The notes beneath the pieces are model-generated. The model was not told where the DNA came from. It worked only from the letters and a program-made list of their open reading frames with translations, and ran no database searches. The position numbers and the translations under genes are program-made. From Alphaproteobacteria bacterium (GTDB lineage: Bacteria; Pseudomonadota; Alphaproteobacteria; SP197): 64,000 bases of DNA. This document shows positions 46,991 through 56,887 of this stretch, one piece after another. How positions within the stretch are numbered: the first letter of the stretch is position 1; every line of letters starts with the position of its first letter. Location of the stretch: positions 224,001 to 288,000 of the forward strand of contig OZ219918.1 in NCBI GenBank assembly GCA_964291415.2. The letters run 5' to 3'.

Positions 46991-47548
46991 ATGTCCGGGA
47001 ACCGGGAGACAGTCCTGCGGCTGATCCGCGAGCTCGCCGTGATGAACGGAGGCGATTTTGAACTTGCGTCCGGCGAGCGGTCTGCCCTCTACATCGATCT
47101 TCGCCGGGTGACGATGCATCCTCTCGGGGCCAGCGCCATAGGACACATGATCAACGACCGTCTGGCCGATGCCGGTGTCGATTCCGTGGGAGGCATGGCG
47201 ACGGCTGCCATACCCGTCGTCGCGGCGGTGGTCTGCGAGAGCCAGCGGCGGAACGTTCCCGTCAGGGGTTTCTACGTGCGCGACAAGGCGAAGACCCGCG
47301 GTACGCAACGTCGAATCGAAGGTCTTCTCGAGGAAGGAGACAGGGTTGCCCTCCTCGAGGACACGATGACGACGGGACAGTCGACCATGGCCGCCGTCGA
47401 GGCGGTTCGCGAGGCAGGAGCAACGGTGGTGCGCGTGATCACGGTGGTCGACCGTCTCAGGGGCGGCGCGGAGCTGTTTGCGCAATCGGGCATTTCATTC
47501 GAGGCTCTTTTCACGCTTGACGGGATTACAGGCGACGGGCGTCCATGA
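46991..47548 (+). CDS. pyrE: Orotate phosphoribosyltransferase
   Basis: FELASGERSALYID, RDKAKTRG, LLEDTMTTGQS PRPP loop, VVDR. Confidence 0.9.
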   Translation: MSGNRETVLRLIRELAVMNGGDFELASGERSALYIDLRRVTMHPLGASAIGHMINDRLADAGVDSVGGMATAAIPVVAAVVCESQRRNVPVRGFYVRDKAKTRGTQRRIEGLLEEGDRVALLEDTMTTGQSTMAAVEAVREAGATVVRVITVVDRLRGGAELFAQSGISFEALFTLDGITGDGRP

Positions 47549-48726
47549 GTTCCCCCCGGAGAAGTGACTGGGGAGGTATCTGGCTCGGTCTGGCGGTGTC
47601 CAGTTTCGCGGCATTCCAGATGCTGAAACTGCCTCCGTCGCTGCCCCTGTTCATCGAGGCCTACGGCTACGGACGCGTCATCGCCGGCGCTCTCGTCTCG
47701 GTCTATGCCCTTGCCGGGATCTTCTTTTCGTTGACCGCCGGCACCCTGACCGGGCGGCATCCGATTCACGTGCTTGCAGGATCGCTCGCCTGTTTCTTCC
47801 TAGGCAATGCGGTCACCCTCATCTTTCCCGAGGTTGCCTGGCTCAATCTCGCGGCGCGCACGATCGAGGGTCTCGCCTACACCGTGTTCGCCATCGCCGG
47901 CGCCGCCATCGCCAACCGTTCGGCCGCGCCGGCGGACCTTTCCCTGGTGGCTGGCATCGTCGCTGTCTGGGTGCCGGTCGGCCAGATTCTGGCTCTTGTG
48001 ACCGGTTACCTCTTCTTCGATTCCCTGGGCTGGCAACCGCTGTGGTGGTTGTCGCTTTTCCTCACCCTCGCCCTCGCCCTGTGGCTCCTTTACCGTCGGG
48101 CCGGCGTGGAAAGGGCTCTTCGCGTCGAGGTTCAGGACAAGGGAGCAGGCCAGCTTCGCCAGCGGTTCTCCCTGTGGCTGGCGGCAGGCGTCTTTGCCGC
48201 CTGGGCCGGCCAGTACCTCGCCTTCATGACCTGGCTGCCCGACTACGTGGTCGGCCAGTTCCAGGTGGGCGCCGACGAGGCGGCCGCCATCAATGCGGTG
48301 TCCGTGGCAGGCGTTCTGGTGAGCTGCCTGGCGACCGGATGGCTGTTGCGCAAGGGGGTATCCTTCGGACTCCTCTTCACCGGGGCCACCCTGATCCAGG
48401 CCGTTGTCTGGATTGCCGGTCCCTACCTCGACAGCCTCGCCGGGCTCATCGCCATCACCGCCTACGGCATCGTGGCCGGAGCGCCACCCACGTGCATGTT
48501 CGCGGTTCCTGCGCGTCTCTTTGGCGGGGAACGTGCCGGTCCTTCGGCGTTTGCGCCCATGATGACCGGGCGCAGCCTGGGCGTTCTGCTGGCCCCCGTC
48601 GTGGCCGGTGGCCTTGTTGACAGCGAAGGCTGGACTGTCTTCGCCTGGTCCTATGGACTCCTCACCTTCGCTGCGGCTGCCGCCGGTGGCCTGATGGCCG
48701 TTCATGTGACGCGACGAGGCAGATAG
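47545..48726 (+). CDS. MFS transporter
   Basis: About 12 hydrophobic helices; ATGA overlap with pyrE. Confidence 0.88.
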   Translation: MSSPRRSDWGGIWLGLAVSSFAAFQMLKLPPSLPLFIEAYGYGRVIAGALVSVYALAGIFFSLTAGTLTGRHPIHVLAGSLACFFLGNAVTLIFPEVAWLNLAARTIEGLAYTVFAIAGAAIANRSAAPADLSLVAGIVAVWVPVGQILALVTGYLFFDSLGWQPLWWLSLFLTLALALWLLYRRAGVERALRVEVQDKGAGQLRQRFSLWLAAGVFAAWAGQYLAFMTWLPDYVVGQFQVGADEAAAINAVSVAGVLVSCLATGWLLRKGVSFGLLFTGATLIQAVVWIAGPYLDSLAGLIAITAYGIVAGAPPTCMFAVPARLFGGERAGPSAFAPMMTGRSLGVLLAPVVAGGLVDSEGWTVFAWSYGLLTFAAAAAGGLMAVHVTRRGR

Positions 48727-48731
48727 AACGC

Positions 48732-49388
48732 TCAGGTCTTCAGGCGATAGCCGCCTGGCACGTTGAGGAGAATTCGGGCACGTGACCGGTCCTCCCCGAG
48801 TTTGCGGCGCAGCCGCCAGATATGGGTCTCAAGGGTGTGGGTCCTGATACGCGTGTCGTGTCCCCAGACTCTCTCGAGAAGGGCGTTGCGACCGACCGGA
48901 ACATCCCCGGCGAGGAGAAGTTCGATGAGAATGAGCGACTCCTTCTCGGTGAGGCGGTTCGACGTGCCGCTTGCCCGGTGCTCCAGTGCACGGGATTCGG
49001 GATGGAAGGTGAAGGGTCCGACCTCCACCGGCGCCGGCAGGGCGAGTGCCGGGTGCTCGATCAATTCCCTCACTCTTGCCATCAACGTGCCGAGACGGAA
49101 CGGCTTGGTGATCGCGTTGTTGGAGATTCCAGAACCGATCCTGACGACCAATATGGTTCCTTCCATGCGGGCAAGTGTCTGCCGAAGGGTATCGGCGCGG
49201 TCGTCCGCCAGGTCGTCATCGGCGATGACAGCTGCGAACCGGTCAGTCGCGAGATGATCGAGGGCATCTTTCGACCCCGAACAGACGACCGGTGTCATGC
49301 CGGGAATCACGTTCAGCTGTTCTGCAACGGCTTCGCCAAGGGGGGCGTCGGCCGTCACGACAAGGATCGGTCTGCCTGCTAGGCTCAT
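48732..49388 (-). CDS. cenR: OmpR-family response regulator, CenR/OtpR-like
   Basis: ITKPFR, LTEKE, THTLETHIWRLRRKL..GGYRL; divergent from an L,D-transpeptidase, an arrangement I recall from Alphaproteobacteria. Confidence 0.7.
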   Translation of the reverse strand: MSLAGRPILVVTADAPLGEAVAEQLNVIPGMTPVVCSGSKDALDHLATDRFAAVIADDDLADDRADTLRQTLARMEGTILVVRIGSGISNNAITKPFRLGTLMARVRELIEHPALALPAPVEVGPFTFHPESRALEHRASGTSNRLTEKESLILIELLLAGDVPVGRNALLERVWGHDTRIRTHTLETHIWRLRRKLGEDRSRARILLNVPGGYRLKT

Positions 49389-49414
49389 GGCGCTGCCACA
49401 GGGACATTGCCGGC

Positions 49415-49918
49415 GTGACTGATATCGTGGTGCACGGGAAGGGAAGCGCGCGCTTTGGCGCCTGCGAGTTTCGCTGTGCGCTCGGTTCTGCCGGTATCGT
49501 CGATCGAAAGGTGGAGGGGGACGGCGGCACTCCGGCCGGAGTGTGGCCACTCAGAAGGGTGCTCTTCAGGCCCGACCGGGAGGTGCGGCCCGAGTGTTCG
49601 CTGCCGGTATCGGCGATCACGCCGACGGACGGGTGGTGCGACGACCCCCGGCACGACGACTACAACAGGCCGGTTTCCGTGCCCTTTGCCGGAAGCCACG
49701 AAGTCATGTGGCGCCGTGACCATCTCTACGACCTCGTCATCATCGTCGGATTCAACGACGATCCGCCGCTTGCGGGCGCCGGCAGCGCCATCTTCGTGCA
49801 CCTGGCATCGGCCGATCGTGCGCCGACCGCCGGATGCGTTGCCTTTGCACGCGAAGACCTCCTGACGATTCTTCCGGGCCTCGACCGGACGAGCGCCCTC
49901 GTCGTGCGTCATTCGTAG
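49415..49918 (+). CDS. L,D-transpeptidase (YkuD) family protein
   Basis: KVEGDGGTPAG, GWCDDP..YN, GSAIFVH..PTAGCVA. Confidence 0.9.
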   Translation: MTDIVVHGKGSARFGACEFRCALGSAGIVDRKVEGDGGTPAGVWPLRRVLFRPDREVRPECSLPVSAITPTDGWCDDPRHDDYNRPVSVPFAGSHEVMWRRDHLYDLVIIVGFNDDPPLAGAGSAIFVHLASADRAPTAGCVAFAREDLLTILPGLDRTSALVVRHS

Positions 49919-50262
49919 CCGTGGATTTCCCGCCAGTTGACGGGCTCGACGACGATCACCGCCTTCGCGAATTCGGCGCGGTAGACCATCCAGGTGCCGT
50001 TGGGCAGCCAGATGCCGTCACCGGGTTCAAGATCAAACGTTCCCTCGCGGGTCTCGAGACTGAGCGTGCCCTCGAGGATGTACATGTACTCGTCGTAGAG
50101 AACCGTCCACTCCATGTCGCAGTTCTCGAAGAGGCCGATCGACGCTCCGAACGACTGGCTCTCCTTCGTCGAGACGTCACGCGAGACGGCGATGGTCCCT
50201 GGAGGGCCGCCGATCTGATTGAATACGCGTTCGGATGGCCGGACACGGCGGATGGCTGGCAT
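49909..50262 (-). CDS. EutQ-like cupin
   Basis: EWTVLYDEYMYILEG..PGDGIWLPNG. Confidence 0.82.
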   Translation of the reverse strand: MPAIRRVRPSERVFNQIGGPPGTIAVSRDVSTKESQSFGASIGLFENCDMEWTVLYDEYMYILEGTLSLETREGTFDLEPGDGIWLPNGTWMVYRAEFAKAVIVVEPVNWREIHGYE

Positions 50263-50267
50263 GACGG

Positions 50268-51227
50268 TTACCTCTTCTCTGGAAGGTTCGAAAGGTGCGG
50301 GCCGGTGAACCCCTTCGCCACATCTCCCCCGGCTGCCGGACCGGCCGCCGGCTCGATATCGCCGAGGCGCACAGGCTCGATGGCCTGGCTGCGCAGATCG
50401 ATCTCCCGGCGTGAACGCTGTGGCAGGCCGTCGCGCGGTGGCTCGAGCAGACGATGGGGGTCGTCACCGTTGACGAAGCCGAGATAGGGGCCGCCGAAGT
50501 CGTAGCCGATGAGGCGGGCAAGCCTCTCGTCGTAAGTCCGGGCGACGTCCGGAGGATTGGCCAGGTACTGGTTTTCTTCCTGGCGCAGCCAGCTCCAGCT
50601 GTACTGCAGGGCAAGGCCGGTCCTGACGGCATTGGAACGGTTGGTGCCGCCGCCATGCCAGACACCGCCCGTGTAGAGCAGCACCGAACCGGCCGGCATC
50701 TCGACGGGAACCACCTCGTCTGTCCTCGCAAGGCGATCGTGGTCCCACCGGTGGCTGCCCGGAACGATGCACGTCCCGCCGTTTGCGGCGGTGAAGTCGG
50801 TGAGCGCCCACATGGTGGCGATAACCATGGGAGGAGAGGGGTGGCGCACCGGATAGATGCTGCCGTCACGGTGCAGTCCCTGGGCATCGGCTCCGGGTTC
50901 GAGGTGCATGATGCCGGAAAAGTTGAGCTGCCAGTTGGGCGTGTAGGGCGTGAACATCCTTTCGACGAGATCCATGACGACGGGCGCCAGCACGAGGTCG
51001 CGTGCCGCCGCCGATCGGGCAAGGACGCCGCCGAGCCGCCTTGTGTGGCGTCCCAGGAACTCGTCGTGTCCCAGGGGTGCTGCGGCGATGTGGGGCGCCA
51101 GTTCGCCGAGGGCCCGTTGCGTCGTGTCCGGGGCAAGGCGGCTCACCACCAGATAGCCGTTCTCCTGGAAGAACTCGTGGAGAACATCCCCCGGCGTGGA
51201 GGGTTCGAAATCGGCAAGGGACGTCAT
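50268..51227 (-). CDS. Phytanoyl-CoA dioxygenase (PhyH) family protein
   Basis: QGLHRD, DFTAANGGT..PGSH, WHGGG, WLRQEENQYL. Confidence 0.92.
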   Translation of the reverse strand: MTSLADFEPSTPGDVLHEFFQENGYLVVSRLAPDTTQRALGELAPHIAAAPLGHDEFLGRHTRRLGGVLARSAAARDLVLAPVVMDLVERMFTPYTPNWQLNFSGIMHLEPGADAQGLHRDGSIYPVRHPSPPMVIATMWALTDFTAANGGTCIVPGSHRWDHDRLARTDEVVPVEMPAGSVLLYTGGVWHGGGTNRSNAVRTGLALQYSWSWLRQEENQYLANPPDVARTYDERLARLIGYDFGGPYLGFVNGDDPHRLLEPPRDGLPQRSRREIDLRSQAIEPVRLGDIEPAAGPAAGGDVAKGFTGPHLSNLPEKR

Positions 51228-51499
51228 GGCGCACCCGTCATCGTGACCACCGGCAACGATCCCGCTCCGCCGCCGCCTGTCGTCACGCCCTGCCGTTTCG
51301 TCGCTTGCGGGCTTGCAACACGGCCGCGTGCCGCCAGGATCGCTTTCCGGCACACAGAATTGTCAATGCGGATGGCGCCCCTAGTCATCGGCCCGGCAAC
51401 GGGGTCCCGTCACCCGCCGGCAGCGCGCGCGTAGCGACCGGGAGTGACAGCGGCGTATCACCTGACCGGGATGTTCCACAGCCATGGCGTGACCCCTCG

Positions 51500-51680
51500 C
51501 GACTTCGACAACAAGTGTAGGGCATCGGCATGTTGCCATGCCACGACAATCCTTGAAGACGGTATCAGCCGGTGTTGTCTCGTCACCTGTTGCCGCCTGC
51601 CGCGCGGGGACACGGTTCTGTCGAGACGGAGGTTGGCGCCAGCCGACGGATATCGTTGTCGCATCGTACGTGGGACCACG
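51500..51680 (-). pseudogene. Degenerate IS5-family transposase C-terminal fragment
   Basis: YDA..PSRQNRVP..(RQHRL)..FKDCRGMAT.RCPT resembles the IS5 C-terminal YDA..PSRKNR..LKDWRRIATRYDRC region. Confidence 0.4.
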
Positions 51681-51799
51681 TACCTCCAGGCGATCACCAA
51701 GATCTGCACCCGGAACACGAAGATCCCGGGCACAGTTACTGATGACGTCAGCCGATGAGGCCACCCTGCCCGACGACGGGACGATGCCTTCAAGCCACA

Positions 51800-51992
51800 A
51801 GCGAAAACCCTGGACGTTCGCGGTCTTGATATCCGGGACCGTGTTGTTCGCCCGCATCGCGTGCCCGTCTGCGACAGCGGCTGAAACCGCGACATTCACA
51901 CCCAGGCGCGCGGCAGCGAGGCGGCGGCTCAAGCCTCCGGGCACCGCCTCGTGAACCCAAACCCGAAGGTCAAGGGAAGGCGCTCTCGACAT
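51800..51992 (-). pseudogene. Degenerate IS630-family transposase N-terminal (HTH) fragment
   Basis: MSRAPSLDLRVWVHEAVPGGLSRRLAAARLGV matches IS630 N-termini (SxDLRxRV..SRRxAAARFGV); no DDE domain follows. Confidence 0.7.
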
Positions 51993-52365
51993 GTCTGCCG
52001 AACCTCGTTCCCGGCAGACAGTGTGAATCACAAACCAGACGCCTTGTCAGCCGATCCCCGGGCTGACGAAGCCCGCCGCCAGATGAACTTGGGGTCGTCC
52101 GGGACGCTCCAAAAAAAGCGCCCGTTCTCCCCAGTTTTGGGGAAGCGCGAAGGGAAACAGTCCGACTATCGTCTGCGCCACTTTCAGCGGGGCCCTCACG
52201 AATCGATCGCAAGGCCCGCCGCGATCCAGGGGAGGGCCCGGGGTGTGATTTCGAAGATATCGCGGAGCGGAGGGACGCCGGAATCCGGCGCATCGCCTGT
52301 CTCGCCCGTGGTTGCCGTGGTGGAGATTTCGCTCATCACGCATGGGGCTGCCGGGACGTCGTGCG

Positions 52366-52530
52366 ATGGCTGATGTGCCTCACCACCGTGTCGGCGGACG
52401 CAGGGCTCCAGGCAACGCGGTGCCCTTGGGCGATGTCACGAAGCCAGTGACGGGCGAGGTCGTCGCGCGGGTGCCGTTCGGATCGGTGTCGCTGGTGGCC
52501 GACGCGCTGCGCGTTGCGGCGGAGGCGCCG
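52366..52530 (+). pseudogene. N-terminal fragment of a methylmalonate-semialdehyde (aldehyde) dehydrogenase
   Basis: VPHHRVGG..GDVTKPVTGEVVARVPFGS..ADALRVAAEA, after which similarity stops. Confidence 0.6.
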
Positions 52531-52664
52531 CGGAACTACGCCGGGGTCGTCAAGGCTCTGGACGACCGGACCGCAAGCCAACGGCGGCCTTCTTTGCCAG
52601 GTTGTCCGTCGCCGCGCTTGGCGGGCCAAGCCACAATTCATCCGACAGGGGGGACGACAGTTCC

Positions 52665-53027
52665 ATGAGTCTGACGAGCAAAAGCAAGGTGAATCTGACG
52701 AGTAAACTCACGGGCGACATCATGACGATCTGGGCCGAAGGCCGCGTCGACAGCGTCAACGCATCGTTCTTCAGGACGGAAGTGTTGCGCCACGCCCGCG
52801 AGGCCGACGTGAACGTGGTCCTCGACTTGTCAGAACTGCGCTACTTGAGCTCCGCCGGGATAGGCGCACTGATCGTCATCGCGAGAGACATCCGGGCGAG
52901 GGAACTTGCCGTGTCGCTGTGCAGACTGTCCGAACCGGTACGGCTCACGCTGGAACTCTCAGGCGTTGACACGATTATTCCGACGGCTTCGACGCACGAG
53001 GAAGCAGTCGCGTCGTTTTCTTCATGA
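52665..53027 (+). CDS. STAS domain anti-sigma factor antagonist
   Basis: EGRVDS, VVLDLSELRYLSSAGI phospho-Ser motif; start may be GTG 52689. Confidence 0.88.
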   Translation: MSLTSKSKVNLTSKLTGDIMTIWAEGRVDSVNASFFRTEVLRHAREADVNVVLDLSELRYLSSAGIGALIVIARDIRARELAVSLCRLSEPVRLTLELSGVDTIIPTASTHEEAVASFSS

Positions 53028-53390
53028 CCGGGCGCGGTCTTCTGGAGGAGCTCGTGGGGACACGCGGGCGCCGGGTGGTCTCCGGGCCCGTGGAAGATGT
53101 CCGACCGATCACATGTGATGAACGGATCGCCGGCCTCAATGACGGCCGCCGCCGGCGCATCCGTCAACCCGACGCGCACTTGGCAACCCGAGGCACCGTC
53201 CTCCATCGCCTTGATGCGCACGCAGCAGGTCCCGGGAGCGAGCGCCGTTGGCAGTCAATCGACTGTCCTGTCGCGCAACGGCGGCCACGTCACTGTGGCC
53301 ACGTGGCTCTCGGCGCTCGCCGGTTTCTCGTTGAAGTGAGACCGTGAATCAGTCAGTCTATGAACGAAACCCTTCAAGGGAGGAGATATT

Positions 53391-54392
53391 GTGACATTGC
53401 CAAAACTTGCAACATGCGCGCTGGCTGCAGTGGCCCTGATCGGGCTTGGATTCAGCGCCTCTGACGAGGCAAGCGCAGACGAAAAGACATTCATCTCGAT
53501 TGGCACGGGTGGCCCGACCGGCGTCTACTTCGTGGTCGGAAACTCCGTGTGCCGCATGGTCCACAAGGAAGCCGCCGAGGGCCGGTCGTCAGGCCGCCAG
53601 CACGGCATTCGCTGTGCCGCGCCTTCCACCGGTGGTTCCACCTACAACATCGGCCAGATTTGCCAGGGCGAGCTCGAGTTCGGCGTGGCCCAGTCCGACT
53701 GGCAGTTCCACGCTGTGAACGGCAGTTCCGAAAAGGTCACCAACTGTCCCGGCCTTCGCGCGGTCTTCTCCGTGCACGGCGAACCCTTCCACCTCATCGC
53801 CAGTGCCGGGACCGATATCGGTTCCTTCACCGACACCAAGGGCATGCGCATGAACATCGGCAATCCCGGTTCGGGCCAGCGCGGCACGACCGAGGTTCTG
53901 ATGGAAGGCTACGGCATGACCACCGACGATTTTGCGGCGGCAACGGAGCTGACCTCGACGGAGCAGTCCCAGGCTCTCTGTGACGGCAAGATCGATGCCT
54001 ATGGCTACACCGTCGGTGTGCCCAATGCCGGCGTGTCCGTGGCAACCGACGGATGCGATGCCTACATCGTCAATCTCACCGGTGAGGTCGAGCAGCAGCT
54101 GGTGGCCGACAACCCCTTCTATGCCTTCACCACCATTCCGGCGGGGACGTACAAGACCACAACCGACGACGTGACCACCTTCGGCGTGATGGCGACCTTC
54201 GTCAGTCACGAGAACGTGCCTGAGGACGTGGTGTACGAGGTCACCCGAGCCGTGATGGAGAACCTGGACGACTTCAGGTCGCTGCATCCTGCCTTCAGGA
54301 ATCTCGATCCCGCAGACATGATCGTGAACGGGCTGTCCGCACCGATCCATCCCGGCGCGGCCAAGTACTACGCTGAACAGGGCTGGATGTAA
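53391..54392 (+). CDS. TAXI-family TRAP transporter solute-binding subunit
   Basis: GGAGGAG RBS, signal peptide, IGTGGPTGVYF, STGGS..N, AQSD, GNPGSGQR, PIHPGA. Confidence 0.95.
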   Translation: MTLPKLATCALAAVALIGLGFSASDEASADEKTFISIGTGGPTGVYFVVGNSVCRMVHKEAAEGRSSGRQHGIRCAAPSTGGSTYNIGQICQGELEFGVAQSDWQFHAVNGSSEKVTNCPGLRAVFSVHGEPFHLIASAGTDIGSFTDTKGMRMNIGNPGSGQRGTTEVLMEGYGMTTDDFAAATELTSTEQSQALCDGKIDAYGYTVGVPNAGVSVATDGCDAYIVNLTGEVEQQLVADNPFYAFTTIPAGTYKTTTDDVTTFGVMATFVSHENVPEDVVYEVTRAVMENLDDFRSLHPAFRNLDPADMIVNGLSAPIHPGAAKYYAEQGWM

Positions 54393-54404
54393 TCCTCGAG
54401 CCTG

Positions 54405-54440
54405 AAACGGCCGGCACCGCTCAGCGGTTGCCGGCCGTTT
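54405..54440 (+). terminator. Intergenic hairpin (terminator-like / mRNA stabiliser)
   Basis: AAACGGCCGGCA-CCGC-TCA-GCGG-T-TGCCGGCCGTTT immediately after the TAXI stop. Confidence 0.75.
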
Positions 54441-54456
54441 GCTTGCAGTTTTGCCC

Positions 54457-56823
54457 GTGACGAAGAGCGAGCCGGTATCGGAACCGGCTGGAGCCGCAGG
54501 GCTTGCGGAAACATTCGAGTACCAGGGACGTCGGCTTGGTCCAGGCGTGGCGCAGGTCGTCGGCCTTCTCTGTTTCGTGTGGTCCGTCTATCAGCTGTGG
54601 ATCGCCTCACCCTTTCCCTTCATGCTGGATTTCGCCGTCATCGGCGACGTGCCGGCGCGTGGGCTCCATCTCTCGTTCGCATTGCTGCTGTGTTTCCTGA
54701 TCTACCCGGTGTCGCGGCGCTGGAGGGAGCGCGGACTGCCGCCCTGGGACATCGTCCTGGCGATCACCGGCCTGGTCGTCGCCTCCTATCTCTTCTTCGG
54801 GTGGGACGGCCTCGTCTCCCGTCACGGTCTGCTCTATGTCTGGAATGGCATTCCGGTCGAGGCCATCCTCGGCGGTGTCGGAATCCTGCTCTTGCTGGAC
54901 GCCACGCGCCGCGCAATCGGCATCCCGCTGGTCGTCGTCTGCGGCGTTTTCCTGGTCTATTCGATCTTCGGCCAGTCGATGCCCGACATCATCTCGCACA
55001 AGGGGCTCAGCCTGACACGGCTGATCGGCTATCAGTGGCTGACGGGCGAGGCCGTCTTTGGCATCCCCATCAGCGTTTCGGTCAGCTTCGTCTTTCTGTT
55101 CGTTCTGTTTGGTGCGCTGCTCGAGAAGGCCGGGGCGGGGCGATACTTCCTTCACATTTCCTTCGCCATGGTCGGACGCTTCAGCGGAGGCCCCGCCAAG
55201 GCGGCAATTCTGGCGTCGGGCATGACGGGCATGATCTCCGGCTCGTCGATCGCCAATGTCGTGACCACCGGCACGTTCACCATTCCCGTCATGAGACGGA
55301 TCGGCATGCCCGCGGTGAAGGCGGGCGCCATCGAGGTCGCTGCATCGACCAACGGCCAGATCATGCCACCCATCATGGGCGCAGCCGCCTTCATCATCGC
55401 CGAGTTCATCGGAATCTCCTATTTCGACGTGGTCGTGGCCGCAGCCATTCCGGCCGTCCTCAGCTATGTCGCGCTGCTCTACATCTCCCATCTCGAGGCG
55501 GCGAAACTCGGTCTCAAGGGGCTTCCTTCGGCAGAGATTCCGCCGCTTGGCACGACCTTCGTCGCCGGGATCCATCACCTGGTTCCCATCGTCATTCTCG
55601 TCTATCTGCTCATGGTGGAGCGCTGGAGTGCGCACAGCGCCGTCTTCTATTCGATCCTCTCGGTCATGGTGATCATCATGGCGCACCGGATCGTCGCCTC
55701 GGTTCGCGGGCGCGGCCAGCCACTGGCAGAGGCGGTCCGCGACGGCTTCACCGAAATCTACCTCGGGATGGTTGCCGGCGCGCGCAACATGGTGGGGATC
55801 GCCATCGCCGTGGCGGCGGCCGGCATCATCGTCGGCGCCGTGTCGTCGACGGGCCTCAACAACGCCATGGTCGGCGTGGTCGAGGCGATCGCCGGAGGCA
55901 ATATCTACATCCTGCTGGGGCTGACCGCCATTCTCTGCATCATCCTCGGCATGGGGCTCCCGACGACCGCCAACTACCTGGTCGTCGCTTCCCTCCTGGC
56001 CGGCGTGCTGGTGGAACTCGGGGGTGCGGCAGGGCTCGTTCTGCCGCTCATCGCCGTTCACCTCTACGTCTTCTACTACGGCCTGCTGGCGGACTCGACA
56101 CCTCCCGTCTGTCTCGCCGCCTTCGCCGCCTCGGCGATCTCCAGGGCAGATCCCCTGAAGACCGGTGTGCAGTCGTTCCTCTACGACATTCGCACCGCGA
56201 TCCTACCGCTGGTGTTCCTGTTCAACACGGAACTGCTGCTTATCGGTGTCGAGAGCATCTGGCATGGTGCCCTGGTGACGGTGATGTCGCTGCTCGCCAT
56301 CCTCGCCTTCAGTTCCCTCACCCAGGGCTGGATGTTCATCAAGGTACGCTGGCACGAGTCGATCCTGCTGGCGGTCGCCTGCTTCATGCTCTTTCGCCCC
56401 GGCTTCTTCATGGACCAGCTGGCGCCGCCGTTCGAGACCGTGGCATTCGATGCCTTCGTCTCGGGCGAGTTCACGCCCGAGCCCGGCCGCCAGGTCCGCC
56501 TCCACGTCACGCGCGCAACGGACTACGGCGATCGCTTCAAGCTGTTCGTGCTGGAGACCCCGGACGAACAGGCGGCGACACCGTCGGAGACCTTCGGTGT
56601 CCACCTGGCGAGGGAGGACGAGGACACGTTCGTCGTGACCGACCTTGCCTGGAACGGCATGGCGGAACAGGCAGGCATGGACTGGGGCGACTACGTGACG
56701 GGCGTCGACGTGGAGCAGCTCGATCTGCCTCCCAAGGAGCTCGTCTATCCGGCCGGCCTGTTGCTGCTGGGCCTGGTCCTCGCATCGCAGTACCTGCGCG
56801 GCCGGCGCACCGCCTCACCCTGA
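54457..56823 (+). CDS. TRAP transporter fused 4TM/12TM permease
   Basis: GGPAKAA, GSSIANVVTTG, ASTNGQIMPPIMGAAAF, GMGLPTTANY, TPPV; start uncertain. Confidence 0.95.
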   Translation: MTKSEPVSEPAGAAGLAETFEYQGRRLGPGVAQVVGLLCFVWSVYQLWIASPFPFMLDFAVIGDVPARGLHLSFALLLCFLIYPVSRRWRERGLPPWDIVLAITGLVVASYLFFGWDGLVSRHGLLYVWNGIPVEAILGGVGILLLLDATRRAIGIPLVVVCGVFLVYSIFGQSMPDIISHKGLSLTRLIGYQWLTGEAVFGIPISVSVSFVFLFVLFGALLEKAGAGRYFLHISFAMVGRFSGGPAKAAILASGMTGMISGSSIANVVTTGTFTIPVMRRIGMPAVKAGAIEVAASTNGQIMPPIMGAAAFIIAEFIGISYFDVVVAAAIPAVLSYVALLYISHLEAAKLGLKGLPSAEIPPLGTTFVAGIHHLVPIVILVYLLMVERWSAHSAVFYSILSVMVIIMAHRIVASVRGRGQPLAEAVRDGFTEIYLGMVAGARNMVGIAIAVAAAGIIVGAVSSTGLNNAMVGVVEAIAGGNIYILLGLTAILCIILGMGLPTTANYLVVASLLAGVLVELGGAAGLVLPLIAVHLYVFYYGLLADSTPPVCLAAFAASAISRADPLKTGVQSFLYDIRTAILPLVFLFNTELLLIGVESIWHGALVTVMSLLAILAFSSLTQGWMFIKVRWHESILLAVACFMLFRPGFFMDQLAPPFETVAFDAFVSGEFTPEPGRQVRLHVTRATDYGDRFKLFVLETPDEQAATPSETFGVHLAREDEDTFVVTDLAWNGMAEQAGMDWGDYVTGVDVEQLDLPPKELVYPAGLLLLGLVLASQYLRGRRTASP

Positions 56824-56887
56824 AGAGACCGGTTGCAACTGTCCAGACCGGAGCCGCCTTGAAGCGTGGGGAAGGACGTGGCGGACG

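Noticed and set aside
52030-52360. GC-rich hairpins as a possible ncRNA
   Set aside because: Stems are short, expected at this GC content, and lie among pseudogene debris
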